Source of the DNA: an uncultured Candidatus Saccharibacteria bacterium
GTDB taxonomy: Bacteria; Patescibacteriota; Andersenbacteria; UBA10190
DNA length: 64,000 bases
Assembly (NCBI GenBank): GCA_964610055.1
Contig: CAZSUC010000001.1
Span: forward strand, 351,994-415,993
Direction: 5' to 3'
Within the stretch, counting starts at the first letter, position 1. Each line of letters starts with the position of its first letter. Positions 43,260-52,793 of the stretch are shown piece by piece. The notes beneath the pieces are model-generated. The model saw only the letters and a list, made by a program, of their open reading frames with translations, was not told where the DNA came from and ran no database searches. The position numbers were made by a program, and so were the translations under genes.

Positions 43260-43868
43260 ATGGCCTATAGCGATTTGACCAAGCGGCAAAGTGAAACTCT
43301 GAATTACATTCGAGAGTTTCTTTCTCAACATAATTACGCACCTAGTTATCGTGATATTATGCGCGGCACTAAAATTAATTCTCCAGCGACCGCCTATGCT
43401 CATGTTCAAGCCTTACGCGATAAAGGCTACCTTAAATTAACTGATGGCCAAATGCGTTCAGTTGAACTTACGGAAAAATCCAATGTCTTTACTCGTGGAG
43501 TCGAGCTGCCTTTAGTCGGCTCTATCGCTGCTGGTCAGCCGATTGAAGCAATTGAAAACCGTGAATCAATTGCCGTCCCGCTCGAATTGTTACCAAATTT
43601 AAATTGTTACGTTTTACAGGTCAAAGGTGAATCCATGATCGAAGACGGAATTTTAGACGGAGATTATGTGATTGTTGAACGTTCTTTTTATCCCGAAAAT
43701 GGCGATGTCGTTGTTGCTCTGCTCGATAATGAAAATGCTACTCTCAAACGATTCTATCGAGAGAAAACACGTATCCGGTTACAGCCAGCTAATAAAAAAA
43801 TGAAACCTATTTACACTCGCAATCCGATGATTCAAGGTGTTGTCCGCGGAGTTTTGCGCCGATACTAA
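43260..43868 (+). CDS. lexA: LexA repressor
   Basis: N-terminal LexA winged HTH (…YAPSYRDIMRG…AYAHVQALRDKGYL…) plus an S24 peptidase domain with Ser (GESM) and Lys (ATLKRF). Confidence 0.85.
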   Translation: MAYSDLTKRQSETLNYIREFLSQHNYAPSYRDIMRGTKINSPATAYAHVQALRDKGYLKLTDGQMRSVELTEKSNVFTRGVELPLVGSIAAGQPIEAIENRESIAVPLELLPNLNCYVLQVKGESMIEDGILDGDYVIVERSFYPENGDVVVALLDNENATLKRFYREKTRIRLQPANKKMKPIYTRNPMIQGVVRGVLRRY

Positions 43869-43874
43869 ATTGAT

Positions 43875-44357
43875 TTGGCAGTTCATCCAAAACTGCCATA
43901 CTCTAAAATCATGCGCTTAGTCATTGACACCAACGTCTTAATTAACGCTTACGACGATGATTTTAGTTCCTCGGCTAAATTGCTTAATGCGATAGCAAAA
44001 GGGGATATTACTGCTTTGCTTACCTCGGCTACTAAACTGGAATATCAAAATATATTACAGCGGCTAATTCCAGATCAAACTTATCAAGACCGTGTTAATC
44101 ATATCATTTCCCATATGCATTCCGTGACCCCGGAACATGTTTCGGTTACTATCGATGATCACGAAGATCTAAAATTTATCGCCGCCGCTGTTGGCGGCCA
44201 AGCTGATGCTTTAGTTACTAACGATCGTCATTTGTTAGATATTGGGGAAATCAACCAGATTCCTATTATTACTCCTCATGAAGCCTGGATACGCTTTGAT
44301 GAAAATTCTGGCTCATCTAGTGAATGGAATCAGTGGATGCAAGGGTTAGGTTTATAA
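43875..44357 (+). CDS. PIN-domain protein (PIN_3/TIGR00305-like putative toxin nuclease)
   Basis: It begins …MRLVIDTNVLINA… with the first conserved Asp. Further acidic residues follow (…TNDRHLLD…). It lies 6 nt downstream of lexA. Confidence 0.6.
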   Translation: MAVHPKLPYSKIMRLVIDTNVLINAYDDDFSSSAKLLNAIAKGDITALLTSATKLEYQNILQRLIPDQTYQDRVNHIISHMHSVTPEHVSVTIDDHEDLKFIAAAVGGQADALVTNDRHLLDIGEINQIPIITPHEAWIRFDENSGSSSEWNQWMQGLGL

Positions 44358-44378
44358 CCTGGTATAATATTCGTAGCT

Positions 44379-45638
44379 ATGTCTGCTCGCTTTTTCTCCC
44401 TCCTTTTTCTTTGTCTTCTTTTTAGTTGTTTCACTCATTATCCTGTTCTCGCCGCGACTTCTGACGATATTGCCGCTAAAAAAGCTGAAATTGAAGCACT
44501 AACTGCCAAAATCACCGAACTTAAAACTAAACATTCTGAGACTGCAGAAGAAGCTGAGCTGATCGCGAGCCAAGTCAAGCGGCTCGAAGCTTCTATCGCT
44601 AAAACTAAATTAGAATTAAATCAAACAAAAGCCGATGTTATTGCTGTTCAGGAAGAAAAATCCGATAACGAATCTACTATCGCTGATTTAGAAACTCAGC
44701 TAGAAAATAAGCGCGCTCAACTCAAACAACTAATTCGCACCCTTTATTCCAAAGAACAATCATCTATTATCACTATTTTTCTTAATACTGACAGTTTCAG
44801 TGACGTCTTAGCTGAGCGCGCCGCTATCCAACAGTTACAAGATCAAAGTATTGCTTTAGTTCAAGAATTACGTGCTCAAGCCGAAGAACTTGATCAGCGC
44901 CAAGATGAATTATCTCAGCAAGAAGATGATCTGTCTCAGCTTCAACGAATGCAAGCTGCTCAGCAGGCCGAACTTAAGCAACAAGAAGCTGAAAGCCGCG
45001 CATTTCTCCAGTCAAAAAAAGAAGAGCAATTACAATACGAACAAAAAATTGCAGAAGCAGAAGCAGCTCGCCAAGAAATTGAAGCCGACGTTTTTTCCTT
45101 ACAGGGAGCTGGTGCGGTTAAAGTTAAACTGACTGAAGCCACCGATATTGCTAAATACGCCTCTCAGTTGACTGGCGTACGTCCTGCCTTATTACTTGCC
45201 GTCTTAAAAGTTGAATCTAATTTAGGTAAAAATATTGGTTCAGGCCAGTATCCTGATGATATGCAGCCCGCTAGTCGCGAGCCTTTTCTGCGTATTACTG
45301 CCAAACTTGGTCTTGATCCGTACACTGCCCCAATTTCCGCTCGACCGCGCAGTGGTGTTGGTTGGGGTGGGGCGATGGGACCAGCGCAAATTATGCCGCA
45401 AACATGGGAGGGGATTGCTGATCGGTTAGCGCAACTCTTAGGTAAAACTATAGCTGACCCCTATGAGCTAACTGATGCCTTTGTTGCGACCGCTATTTTT
45501 CTAGCTGATCGCGGTGCTGCTGACCCTGCTCTTGAATATGAAGCCGTTAATCGTTATTTAGCTGGGCCGAACTGGCAAAAATTCACTTGGTATGGAGATC
45601 GAGTTATGGCTGTTGCCAAAGAATATGAAAACATCTAG
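44379..45638 (+). CDS. secreted coiled-coil protein with C-terminal lytic-transglycosylase (SLT)-like domain
   Basis: Signal peptide, then about 250 aa of Q/E-rich coiled coil. The C-terminal part …LLAVLKVESN…GPAQIMPQTW… resembles the SLT catalytic ES and GLMQ motifs. Confidence 0.5.
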   Translation: MSARFFSLLFLCLLFSCFTHYPVLAATSDDIAAKKAEIEALTAKITELKTKHSETAEEAELIASQVKRLEASIAKTKLELNQTKADVIAVQEEKSDNESTIADLETQLENKRAQLKQLIRTLYSKEQSSIITIFLNTDSFSDVLAERAAIQQLQDQSIALVQELRAQAEELDQRQDELSQQEDDLSQLQRMQAAQQAELKQQEAESRAFLQSKKEEQLQYEQKIAEAEAARQEIEADVFSLQGAGAVKVKLTEATDIAKYASQLTGVRPALLLAVLKVESNLGKNIGSGQYPDDMQPASREPFLRITAKLGLDPYTAPISARPRSGVGWGGAMGPAQIMPQTWEGIADRLAQLLGKTIADPYELTDAFVATAIFLADRGAADPALEYEAVNRYLAGPNWQKFTWYGDRVMAVAKEYENI

Positions 45639-45972
45639 CCGCTTACAATTATCCTTATGGATTTTTTTACTTGTTTTTAGTTTCGTCTTAAACGGTTTGC
45701 TTTGGTTTGGGGCTCATCAATATTTTACGCCTGACAGTACAACTACGGTTTTGCATTATAACGCCGATTTTGGGATTGACTTTATTGGTGACAGCTCCAA
45801 TATTAATGTTCTGCCCCAAATTGGGGTCATTCTTTGCCTCTTTAATCTATTAGTTGGTCTAGCTATTTTTCGAGTCGAGCCTCGTTCTGCCTGGGTTCTT
45901 TGGTTTACGAGCCCATTCTTACAAATTGGCTTAGCTATTTCCTTATATGTAATTTGGCGTATTAATAACTAA
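45592..45972 (+). CDS. small membrane protein (hypothetical)
   Basis: 126-aa ORF with 3 hydrophobic segments. It overlaps the end of the preceding gene. Confidence 0.3.
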   Translation: MEIELWLLPKNMKTSSRLQLSLWIFLLVFSFVLNGLLWFGAHQYFTPDSTTTVLHYNADFGIDFIGDSSNINVLPQIGVILCLFNLLVGLAIFRVEPRSAWVLWFTSPFLQIGLAISLYVIWRINN

Positions 45973-45975
45973 ACT

Positions 45976-47634
45976 ATGTCTCGTACTATTGCTCTCGAAA
46001 TCCCTGTTTCTCATTGGCGTCAACGTATATATGAAATTTTACCCGGAGCGCTTTCTTGGGGCACTCTAATCGGTTTAACAGTCTTGTCATTCGTTTTGCC
46101 CTTTTGGATTTCCATTTTTGTTATTTTATATGACCTCTATATTTTGACTCGCATTGTCTATATGTCGGTTCACTTATTTTATGCATATCGACGCTTGCGT
46201 CGCGAACAATCAGTTGATTGGCTTGCTCGTTGTCAAGCTGTTTCTGGTGACATTGATGATTATTTATCTCGTTTAGATCAAAATATTCAAACTAATTGTG
46301 AATTACTCGGATCACGTCACCAAAAAGTTAAAGAGTTACGAACTCATCGAGAACAAGTTCAAGGGATCAAATCTAGCCACTTAACCGTTCTCTCCTGGGA
46401 TCAGGTTCATCACATTATCATTTACCCCACATACAATGAATCCTTAACCGTTCTTCGGCATTCTTTGCATGCTTTATTGGATTGTTCTTTCCCGCACGAA
46501 CATTTACATGTTGTTGTTGGGTTTGAAGAGCGGTTAGGGCCAGAAGCTCACACTAAAGCTACTGCTTTAACCCATGAATTTAGTCAGCATTTTGGTACTT
46601 TTCTGACTACTTTTCATCCTGACGGTTTGCCCGGTGAAACACGCGTGAAAAGCGCCAATGCCTCTTGGGCAGTTAAAGCTATGGAAAAAGAACTTTTACG
46701 GCAAGGCATTCCAATTGAACATATTTTAGTTAGTAATTTTGATAGCGATACTGTTGTTGGTCCGCAATATTTTGCCTACTTAACCTATGCTTTTATTACA
46801 CATCCTGATCGTTATCACGTTAGCTACCAGCCATTACCTTTATATAATAACAACATTTGGGATGCGCCTAGCTTTTCTCGCATTACAGCCGCTGGATCTA
46901 CTTTTTGGCAAATGATCGAGGCTACGCGTCCTGAACGTTTAGTTACATTTTCTAGCCACAGCATGTCGCTCAAGGCTTTGCGAGAAGTTGGTTATTGGCA
47001 AACAAATATTGTTTCAGAAGATTCACGTATCTTTTGGCAATGTCTCTTGCATTACGATGGTCATTACCGAACTCACCCTCTTTTTACTACGGTTTCTATG
47101 GACGCCGCTCTGGCTGATAATTGGTGGCAAACACTCAAAAATCAGTATAAACAGAAACGTCGTTGGGCGTGGGGAATTGAAAACTTTCCTTACTTAGCCG
47201 AAGGTTTCCGTAATAACCCGCGCATCTCTTTTCGCACTAAATTTACTTACATTTATCGAACTTTAGAAGGGCACCATTCCTGGGTAACTGCTCCTATCAT
47301 TTTAGCCGGACTAGGTTGGTTGCCAGTTATTTTTGGCGGCCCAGAATTTCAAACCACTGTTCTTTCGTATAATTTGCCATATATTACGCGTGCCATTATG
47401 TCGATCGCCATGGGCGGACTTGTTGTGACCATGGCTTTAAGTTTAGTTCTATTACCTCCTCGGCCAGCTAACTCTAGTCGTTGGCGTTATTCCGGCATGA
47501 TTCTGCAATGGATTTTAGCTCCTTTCATTGCCACTATTTTGTCTTCCTTTCCTGCTCTTGATTCCGAAACACGTCTCATGTTAGGTCGCGACTATCAATT
47601 TAATGTTATGGTGAAGTCTCGTCGCAAGCATTAA
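45976..47634 (+). CDS. processive family-2 glycosyltransferase (cellulose/chitin-synthase-like, membrane-embedded)
   Basis: D, DxD (FDSDTV) and QxxRW (QKRRWAWG) motifs, with N- and C-terminal transmembrane helices. Confidence 0.75.
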   Translation: MSRTIALEIPVSHWRQRIYEILPGALSWGTLIGLTVLSFVLPFWISIFVILYDLYILTRIVYMSVHLFYAYRRLRREQSVDWLARCQAVSGDIDDYLSRLDQNIQTNCELLGSRHQKVKELRTHREQVQGIKSSHLTVLSWDQVHHIIIYPTYNESLTVLRHSLHALLDCSFPHEHLHVVVGFEERLGPEAHTKATALTHEFSQHFGTFLTTFHPDGLPGETRVKSANASWAVKAMEKELLRQGIPIEHILVSNFDSDTVVGPQYFAYLTYAFITHPDRYHVSYQPLPLYNNNIWDAPSFSRITAAGSTFWQMIEATRPERLVTFSSHSMSLKALREVGYWQTNIVSEDSRIFWQCLLHYDGHYRTHPLFTTVSMDAALADNWWQTLKNQYKQKRRWAWGIENFPYLAEGFRNNPRISFRTKFTYIYRTLEGHHSWVTAPIILAGLGWLPVIFGGPEFQTTVLSYNLPYITRAIMSIAMGGLVVTMALSLVLLPPRPANSSRWRYSGMILQWILAPFIATILSSFPALDSETRLMLGRDYQFNVMVKSRRKH

Positions 47635-47644
47635 TTTTATTAAC

Positions 47645-48667
47645 ATGTCGCTTGATTTTTCTCTGCTCACGCCATCATCTCTCCTAAATTTTTTAATTGC
47701 TTTTCTACTAACTTTTGCAGTCATTGCTTGGCTTCTAAAGCGTCAACATCCAATTTTACGTTCCGTTCCTGGTGTCACTAATGTCTACTACGCCGGAGCT
47801 ATTCTTGTCGGCGTTATTGTATCCTTGTCATATTTTGTTATTGCCGATCCCTCCCTAATCATTGGTTTGCTTGCCGCTTCCTTCTTTATTCTTTTCATTG
47901 GTATTCGCGACGAAAACACCCCTCTTTCTCCTGGACAGCAGCTTACTTGGCAAATCGTTATTGCTCTCTTAGCTGTTAGTTGGGGATGGGTTATTCAATA
48001 TGTCAGTCATCCTAGCGGTTCCGGAATAATTTTTCTTAATCAGTTGTCATGGGGACCGTTCATTTGGCCGGGAACTATTATTACTGTGATTTGGCTACTA
48101 CTACTCATGAATGCCATGAATTGGCTCGACGGATCCGACGGCTTAGCTGCTGGAGTTGGTACAATTGCTTTTTTAGCTCTTGGCGCTGTTGCGCTTTTGC
48201 CTTCTATTTATGACACTCGTACTCTAACTTTGGCTTTAATTGGAGCCGGTGCTTTTTCTGGATTCTTAATTTGGAATTTTCCGCGAGCACGAGTTTATTT
48301 AGGCACTACCGGTAGCTGGTTTCTTGGTCTTTATTTAGGATTGGTTGCCCTTTTAAGCGGGGGAAAAATAGTTACAACTTTATTAGTCTTAGCTTGGCCT
48401 GTATTTGATCTTATGTTTGTTGCTCTAGAACGCTTTTTAAAACATCAGCCGCCGTGGCAAGGGGATACCACAACTCACCTGCATCATCGTTTACTTAACC
48501 ATGGTTTTAGTCCGCGCACTCTTGCGCTTGGTGCTATTAGTGCCACTATTTTATTTAGTGCGCTTGCACTCATCCTTCAAACTAAATTCAAACTCTTGGC
48601 ACTAGTTATCATGGCCGGTATGATGGCTATAATCGGATTTCGCATCTTTCTTCCTCGTCATGACTAA
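47645..48667 (+). CDS. polyprenyl-phosphate sugar-1-phosphate transferase, MraY/WecA family (GT4 fold)
   Basis: 340 aa, about 10 transmembrane segments, with the MNAMNWLDGSDGLAAG motif (NxxNxxDGxDGL). Confidence 0.75.
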   Translation: MSLDFSLLTPSSLLNFLIAFLLTFAVIAWLLKRQHPILRSVPGVTNVYYAGAILVGVIVSLSYFVIADPSLIIGLLAASFFILFIGIRDENTPLSPGQQLTWQIVIALLAVSWGWVIQYVSHPSGSGIIFLNQLSWGPFIWPGTIITVIWLLLLMNAMNWLDGSDGLAAGVGTIAFLALGAVALLPSIYDTRTLTLALIGAGAFSGFLIWNFPRARVYLGTTGSWFLGLYLGLVALLSGGKIVTTLLVLAWPVFDLMFVALERFLKHQPPWQGDTTTHLHHRLLNHGFSPRTLALGAISATILFSALALILQTKFKLLALVIMAGMMAIIGFRIFLPRHD

Positions 48668-49127
48668 TCGTCATATCCTTATCTTGTCTGTTGGTGGCGC
48701 GCTAATTATGTGCGCTGTGATCTGGGCTGGTTGGAGTATGCGTAATTTAGATTGTCGCGATTTTGATGAAGCAACTGTCATGATCAACAACCATTCATAT
48801 AACATGGCTTTAGCTGACACTGATACTGAACGGGCCCAAGGTTTACAAGCTTGTCATACTATTCCCGATGATAGCGGCATGCTCTTTATTCTATCCGAAC
48901 GTGAAATACCTGGTTTCTGGATGAAAAGCATGGTTATTCCGCTTGATATCATTTGGATTCGGGATGGTAAAGTTGTTGGTTTAGAAAATAATGTTCCGCC
49001 CCTAACTAATCAAACCGACAATCCTCTGATTTACTCTCCTGATGTTCCGATTGATGCGGTTATTGAGGTTCCGGCTAATCAAGCGGCGAAATTTGGATTA
49101 ACCCTTGGTGCTTCGGTGCAATACTAA
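48660..49127 (+). CDS. DUF192 (COG1430) family protein
   Basis: 155 aa. …MLFIL…IPLDIIWI.DGKVVG… matches the DUF192 signature. Confidence 0.5.
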   Translation: MTNRHILILSVGGALIMCAVIWAGWSMRNLDCRDFDEATVMINNHSYNMALADTDTERAQGLQACHTIPDDSGMLFILSEREIPGFWMKSMVIPLDIIWIRDGKVVGLENNVPPLTNQTDNPLIYSPDVPIDAVIEVPANQAAKFGLTLGASVQY

Positions 49128-49146
49128 CATGTAGTATAATAATCAC

Positions 49147-49782
49147 ATGACTCAGCGGAAACAAAAACAAAAATCACAATTTAATCTTGATAATCCAATT
49201 ATTAAATACGGCGGGAGCGTTATTATCGCTCTTCTAGTTATTTTAGCTGCTCTCGTTATTTTCCCCACTCAAAATCGAATGCTGCGCACTCAAGTTGTTT
49301 CCAATCCGTCCTCAGCCGCGACTGCTTGTACTAATCAAACCGGTTATATCAACTACTCTGATGTTGTCGGCAGTGCTTTCGCCACTGGTTTTAATCATAG
49401 AGTACGTGCCAGACAGTTGGCTCGGCTGGACGCTATCAATAAAATGACGGCTATCTTTCAAACTAACCTCTCTTTAATTGTTACTAATGCCGATGATGAT
49501 GTTTCCGCATGTAGTAATGGTTGCTTAATGGTAGGCACATCTGTTTCTTGTACGCTGGTTACACCCTCTGCGAGTAGTTGTGATTACACAACCACTCCGA
49601 TTACGGGCGGATCTAGTGTAACTGCTAGTTGTCCGACACGTGTTAAATGTGTTCGTACGTGTGAAGCCAGTCCTAGCTCATCACCAAGCCCTGCTGCTAG
49701 TAACACAGCCATGCCTTCCAGCACTTCTATTCCTACGCTCAGCACTCCGCTGCCTATAATGTATACGCCTAGCGCAAGCTAA
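49147..49782 (+). CDS. secreted/anchored Cys-rich protein with Ser/Pro-rich C-terminus (hypothetical)
   Basis: N-terminal transmembrane or signal segment, 8 Cys residues, and a C-terminal SPSSSPSPAAS…PTLSTPLP segment. Confidence 0.4.
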   Translation: MTQRKQKQKSQFNLDNPIIKYGGSVIIALLVILAALVIFPTQNRMLRTQVVSNPSSAATACTNQTGYINYSDVVGSAFATGFNHRVRARQLARLDAINKMTAIFQTNLSLIVTNADDDVSACSNGCLMVGTSVSCTLVTPSASSCDYTTTPITGGSSVTASCPTRVKCVRTCEASPSSSPSPAASNTAMPSSTSIPTLSTPLPIMYTPSAS

Positions 49783-49798
49783 TCATTGATTCAAGTTT

Positions 49799-50683
49799 AT
49801 GAAAGTCGCCTTTATCGGTGCCGGTGAAATTGGACAAGCTATCGCGCATGTTATTTCTTCTGCGCCTACAGTCGAACTTGTCATGTGGGATAAAGAACCA
49901 GGCAAAGTCCCTAATCAACCTGATTTAAATCACATCGCTGCCACTTCCGAAATTATTTTTATGTGTATTCCGTCTTGGGCCATGCGATCCGGCTTAACTG
50001 GATTACGTGATGCTGGCCTCAACTCTGATATTGCTTTAATTTCTGTTGCCAAAGGAATTGAAAAGGATACCAATCAAACTATGGATCAAATTATTGATGA
50101 TATTTTGCCGCATAATCAATTCGGACTTTTAGGTGGTCCCTTGTTGGCTGAAGAAATCGTCGCTGATCAATCAGGCATGGGAGTTTTAGCTACTCACTCT
50201 CAATCTTTATCTGACGCTGCTCACACTCTCTTTAGTAACTCCCGTGTTAAATTAGAGGATTCAGTCGATGTACATGGTGTCGCTGTTGCCGGCGTCTTGA
50301 AAAACGTTTATGCTCTCGGATTAGGTATCGTTGCTGGCCTTAACTTAGGACATAATTTCCAAGGTTGGTACATTCGGGAAGCTTTACGCGAAATGCGTCA
50401 GGGAATCATGGCGTTAGGTGGACAAGGCGAGACCGCTTATGGTGCCGCTGGTGCCGGAGATTTAATTGCTACTGGATTTAGTACCGATTCATCTAATTAT
50501 CAGGTTGGTAAAATCCTCGCTGAGCAGGGGAGTGTGGTTAAGGAAAGTGAAGGCTATGCCTCTTTGCCACAAGTTTTACGTTTGCTTGGCGACACGGCTA
50601 ATAGCCAGATTCTCATGCAAGCTATTAAACAAATTGTCATTGATCATCTGCCCGCCGCTGAAGTCTATGGCCGCCTCCCCTAA
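49799..50683 (+). CDS. gpsA: NAD(P)H-dependent glycerol-3-phosphate dehydrogenase
   Basis: N-terminal Rossmann motif (KVAFIGAGEIGQA). SVAKGIE, GVLKNVYALGLGI and GAGDLIATG align with E. coli GpsA motifs. Confidence 0.7.
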   Translation: MKVAFIGAGEIGQAIAHVISSAPTVELVMWDKEPGKVPNQPDLNHIAATSEIIFMCIPSWAMRSGLTGLRDAGLNSDIALISVAKGIEKDTNQTMDQIIDDILPHNQFGLLGGPLLAEEIVADQSGMGVLATHSQSLSDAAHTLFSNSRVKLEDSVDVHGVAVAGVLKNVYALGLGIVAGLNLGHNFQGWYIREALREMRQGIMALGGQGETAYGAAGAGDLIATGFSTDSSNYQVGKILAEQGSVVKESEGYASLPQVLRLLGDTANSQILMQAIKQIVIDHLPAAEVYGRLP

Positions 50684-51848
50684 AGCCGATCTGGTTTTAG
50701 TTATAGATGTGGGTACTACCGGGGCCAAAGCCTTATTATTTAATACTAATGAACAAGTTCTCGGTCGCGCTTATCAACGTTTAGAAACTAATTATCCCGA
50801 GCCTGGATTCGCCGAACAGAATGCACAGAATATTATTGGTGCCGTGCACCAAGTTATTCAAACTGTTGTCCAATCAAATAAAATTTCTCCTCAACGTATC
50901 TGTTCCTGTGCAATTACTAATCAAAGAGAAAGCATCGTTGCTTGGCGACGCGACACTCGTAATCCCTTGCACCCAGCTATCTTGTGGGAAGATACCCGCT
51001 CCGCACGTCTTTGCGCTTCTTGGCAAAGCGCTTTTGGCTCTCAAGTTACCGCTAAAACCGGCTTGCCCATTGAGCCTTATTTTTCCGCGCCTAAAATCCA
51101 CTGGTTACTCGATAACGTGCCTGATGTTCAAAAAGCTTACCAAGAACGTCAACTATGCGTTGGGACTATGGATTCTTGGTTACTGTATAACTTAACTCAA
51201 GAATCAATTCACGCGACTGATTACACTAACGCTTCTCGTACATTAATATTTGATATCACTACGAAACAATGGGACACTACTTTACTAAATCATTTTCAAA
51301 TTCCGCCCGATATTTTGCCGCAAGTTTTTCCTTCTCGCTTTACTTATGGCACCTTAGTTTCTGACATCTTAGGCGTTAGTATTCCTATCACAGCAGTTTG
51401 CGGGGATCAGCAGGCCAGTTTATATGCTGCTGGCGGGTCAATCGGCACAACTAAAGTTACTTATGGTACCGGTACTTTTATTATGCAGCTTCTCGGACCA
51501 GATTTTACCCTCCATGCTCCTTTCTACACTACTCTTACACCCGGTTCTAACGGAACTTTATACGCTTTTGAAGCCAAAGCCGCTCGTGGTGGCAAAGAAG
51601 CCGATTTAGTTCTCGATGATCCTGCTAAATTAGAAAACTTTTTAACTGATCTAGTCCGAGAGGTTGCCGGAATCTTAGCGCAACTCCCACATCAACCTAC
51701 TGAAGTCGTGATTGATGGTGGCGTCATTCGTGATGGTATTATTCCGCGCTTGCAGCCCGAAATCTCTGGTATTCCTATCCATGAGCATGATATTTTTGAT
51801 GGCACCGCCCTAGGTATGTTCCGTTTAAGCCAGGCCCTTGACGAATAA
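50667..51848 (+). CDS. FGGY-family carbohydrate kinase (glycerol-kinase-like)
   Basis: LVLVIDVGTTGAKALLF (FGGY N-terminal actin-fold motif). The ORF track shows the frame open from 50466, but Met 50667 fits. It is adjacent to gpsA. Confidence 0.65.
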   Translation: MAASPKADLVLVIDVGTTGAKALLFNTNEQVLGRAYQRLETNYPEPGFAEQNAQNIIGAVHQVIQTVVQSNKISPQRICSCAITNQRESIVAWRRDTRNPLHPAILWEDTRSARLCASWQSAFGSQVTAKTGLPIEPYFSAPKIHWLLDNVPDVQKAYQERQLCVGTMDSWLLYNLTQESIHATDYTNASRTLIFDITTKQWDTTLLNHFQIPPDILPQVFPSRFTYGTLVSDILGVSIPITAVCGDQQASLYAAGGSIGTTKVTYGTGTFIMQLLGPDFTLHAPFYTTLTPGSNGTLYAFEAKAARGGKEADLVLDDPAKLENFLTDLVREVAGILAQLPHQPTEVVIDGGVIRDGIIPRLQPEISGIPIHEHDIFDGTALGMFRLSQALDE

Positions 51849-51885
51849 CGCGCCATCGTACATGATAAGAGCCTAAGTCAATTCT

Positions 51886-52200
51886 ATGTCACACGCAGTC
51901 ATTCTTACCGGCGGAAAGCAATACCTCGTTTCAGATGGGGAGCATGTTCGCGTCGATAAAATTAAAGCCAAAACCGGCGAAAAAGTCACTTTAGACCAAA
52001 TTTTACTGGTTTCGACTGGCAAAACTGTCAAAGTTGGACAGCCCACAGTTTCCGGCGCCACTGTTTCCGCTACCGTTGTTAAAAATGGAAAAACTGATAA
52101 AGTTTATGGCGCTAAAGTCAAAGGCAAGAAGCGTTACAAAAAATATTTTGGCCATCGCCAAGACTATACTGAATTAGAAATTACTGGCATCAAAGCCTAG
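51886..52200 (+). CDS. rplU: 50S ribosomal protein bL21
   Basis: MSHAVILTGGKQYLVSDGEHVRV… is the canonical L21 start. Confidence 0.9.
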   Translation: MSHAVILTGGKQYLVSDGEHVRVDKIKAKTGEKVTLDQILLVSTGKTVKVGQPTVSGATVSATVVKNGKTDKVYGAKVKGKKRYKKYFGHRQDYTELEITGIKA

Positions 52201-52790
52201 ACTTCTCGTCTCCCGGTAAAAGCTGCCGACAGGGTTGTCGCATCGGCAAATTCAATATCGCCTCCAGTGGGCAAACCTCGCGCCAAGCGCGTAATTTTTA
52301 TTTCCGAACGCTCTATTTTACCGCGAATATATCTGGTCGTTGCATCACTTTCCATCTTATGGTCGAGCGCAATTATCACTTCCTTAATCTCGCCGTTATT
52401 AATTCGCGTAATTAGTTCATTTAATGTTAAATCGTCCGGGCCAATGCCCTCTAAGGGTGACAATACTCCTCCTAAAACATGGTATTGCCCGTTATAACTC
52501 CCAGTTCGTTCAAATGCCTCCACGTCCAGTGCGTCTTCTACTACGCACAATAAGCTTTGGTCACGCATCTGACTCGCACAAATTGCACACTGATCGTTCT
52601 CAGCCAAATTAAAACACGTGTTACATATTTTTACTTGGGCATGTAAACTCGTTAACGTTTCTGCTAAGCGTCCCACCACACCAGCCGGCTGTCTTAATAA
52701 ATGCAAAGCCAACCGTTCCGCCGTTTTTGGTCCAATTCCCGGTAAACGAGTTAATTCCTGGGTTAAATCTCGAACTGCTTGCGGTAACAT
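52197..52790 (-). CDS. recR: recombination protein RecR
   Basis: HhH, a C4 zinc finger (CNTCFNLAENDQCAIC), and Toprim and Walker-B-like regions. Confidence 0.9.
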   Translation of the reverse strand: MLPQAVRDLTQELTRLPGIGPKTAERLALHLLRQPAGVVGRLAETLTSLHAQVKICNTCFNLAENDQCAICASQMRDQSLLCVVEDALDVEAFERTGSYNGQYHVLGGVLSPLEGIGPDDLTLNELITRINNGEIKEVIIALDHKMESDATTRYIRGKIERSEIKITRLARGLPTGGDIEFADATTLSAAFTGRREV

Positions 52791-52793
52791 AAT

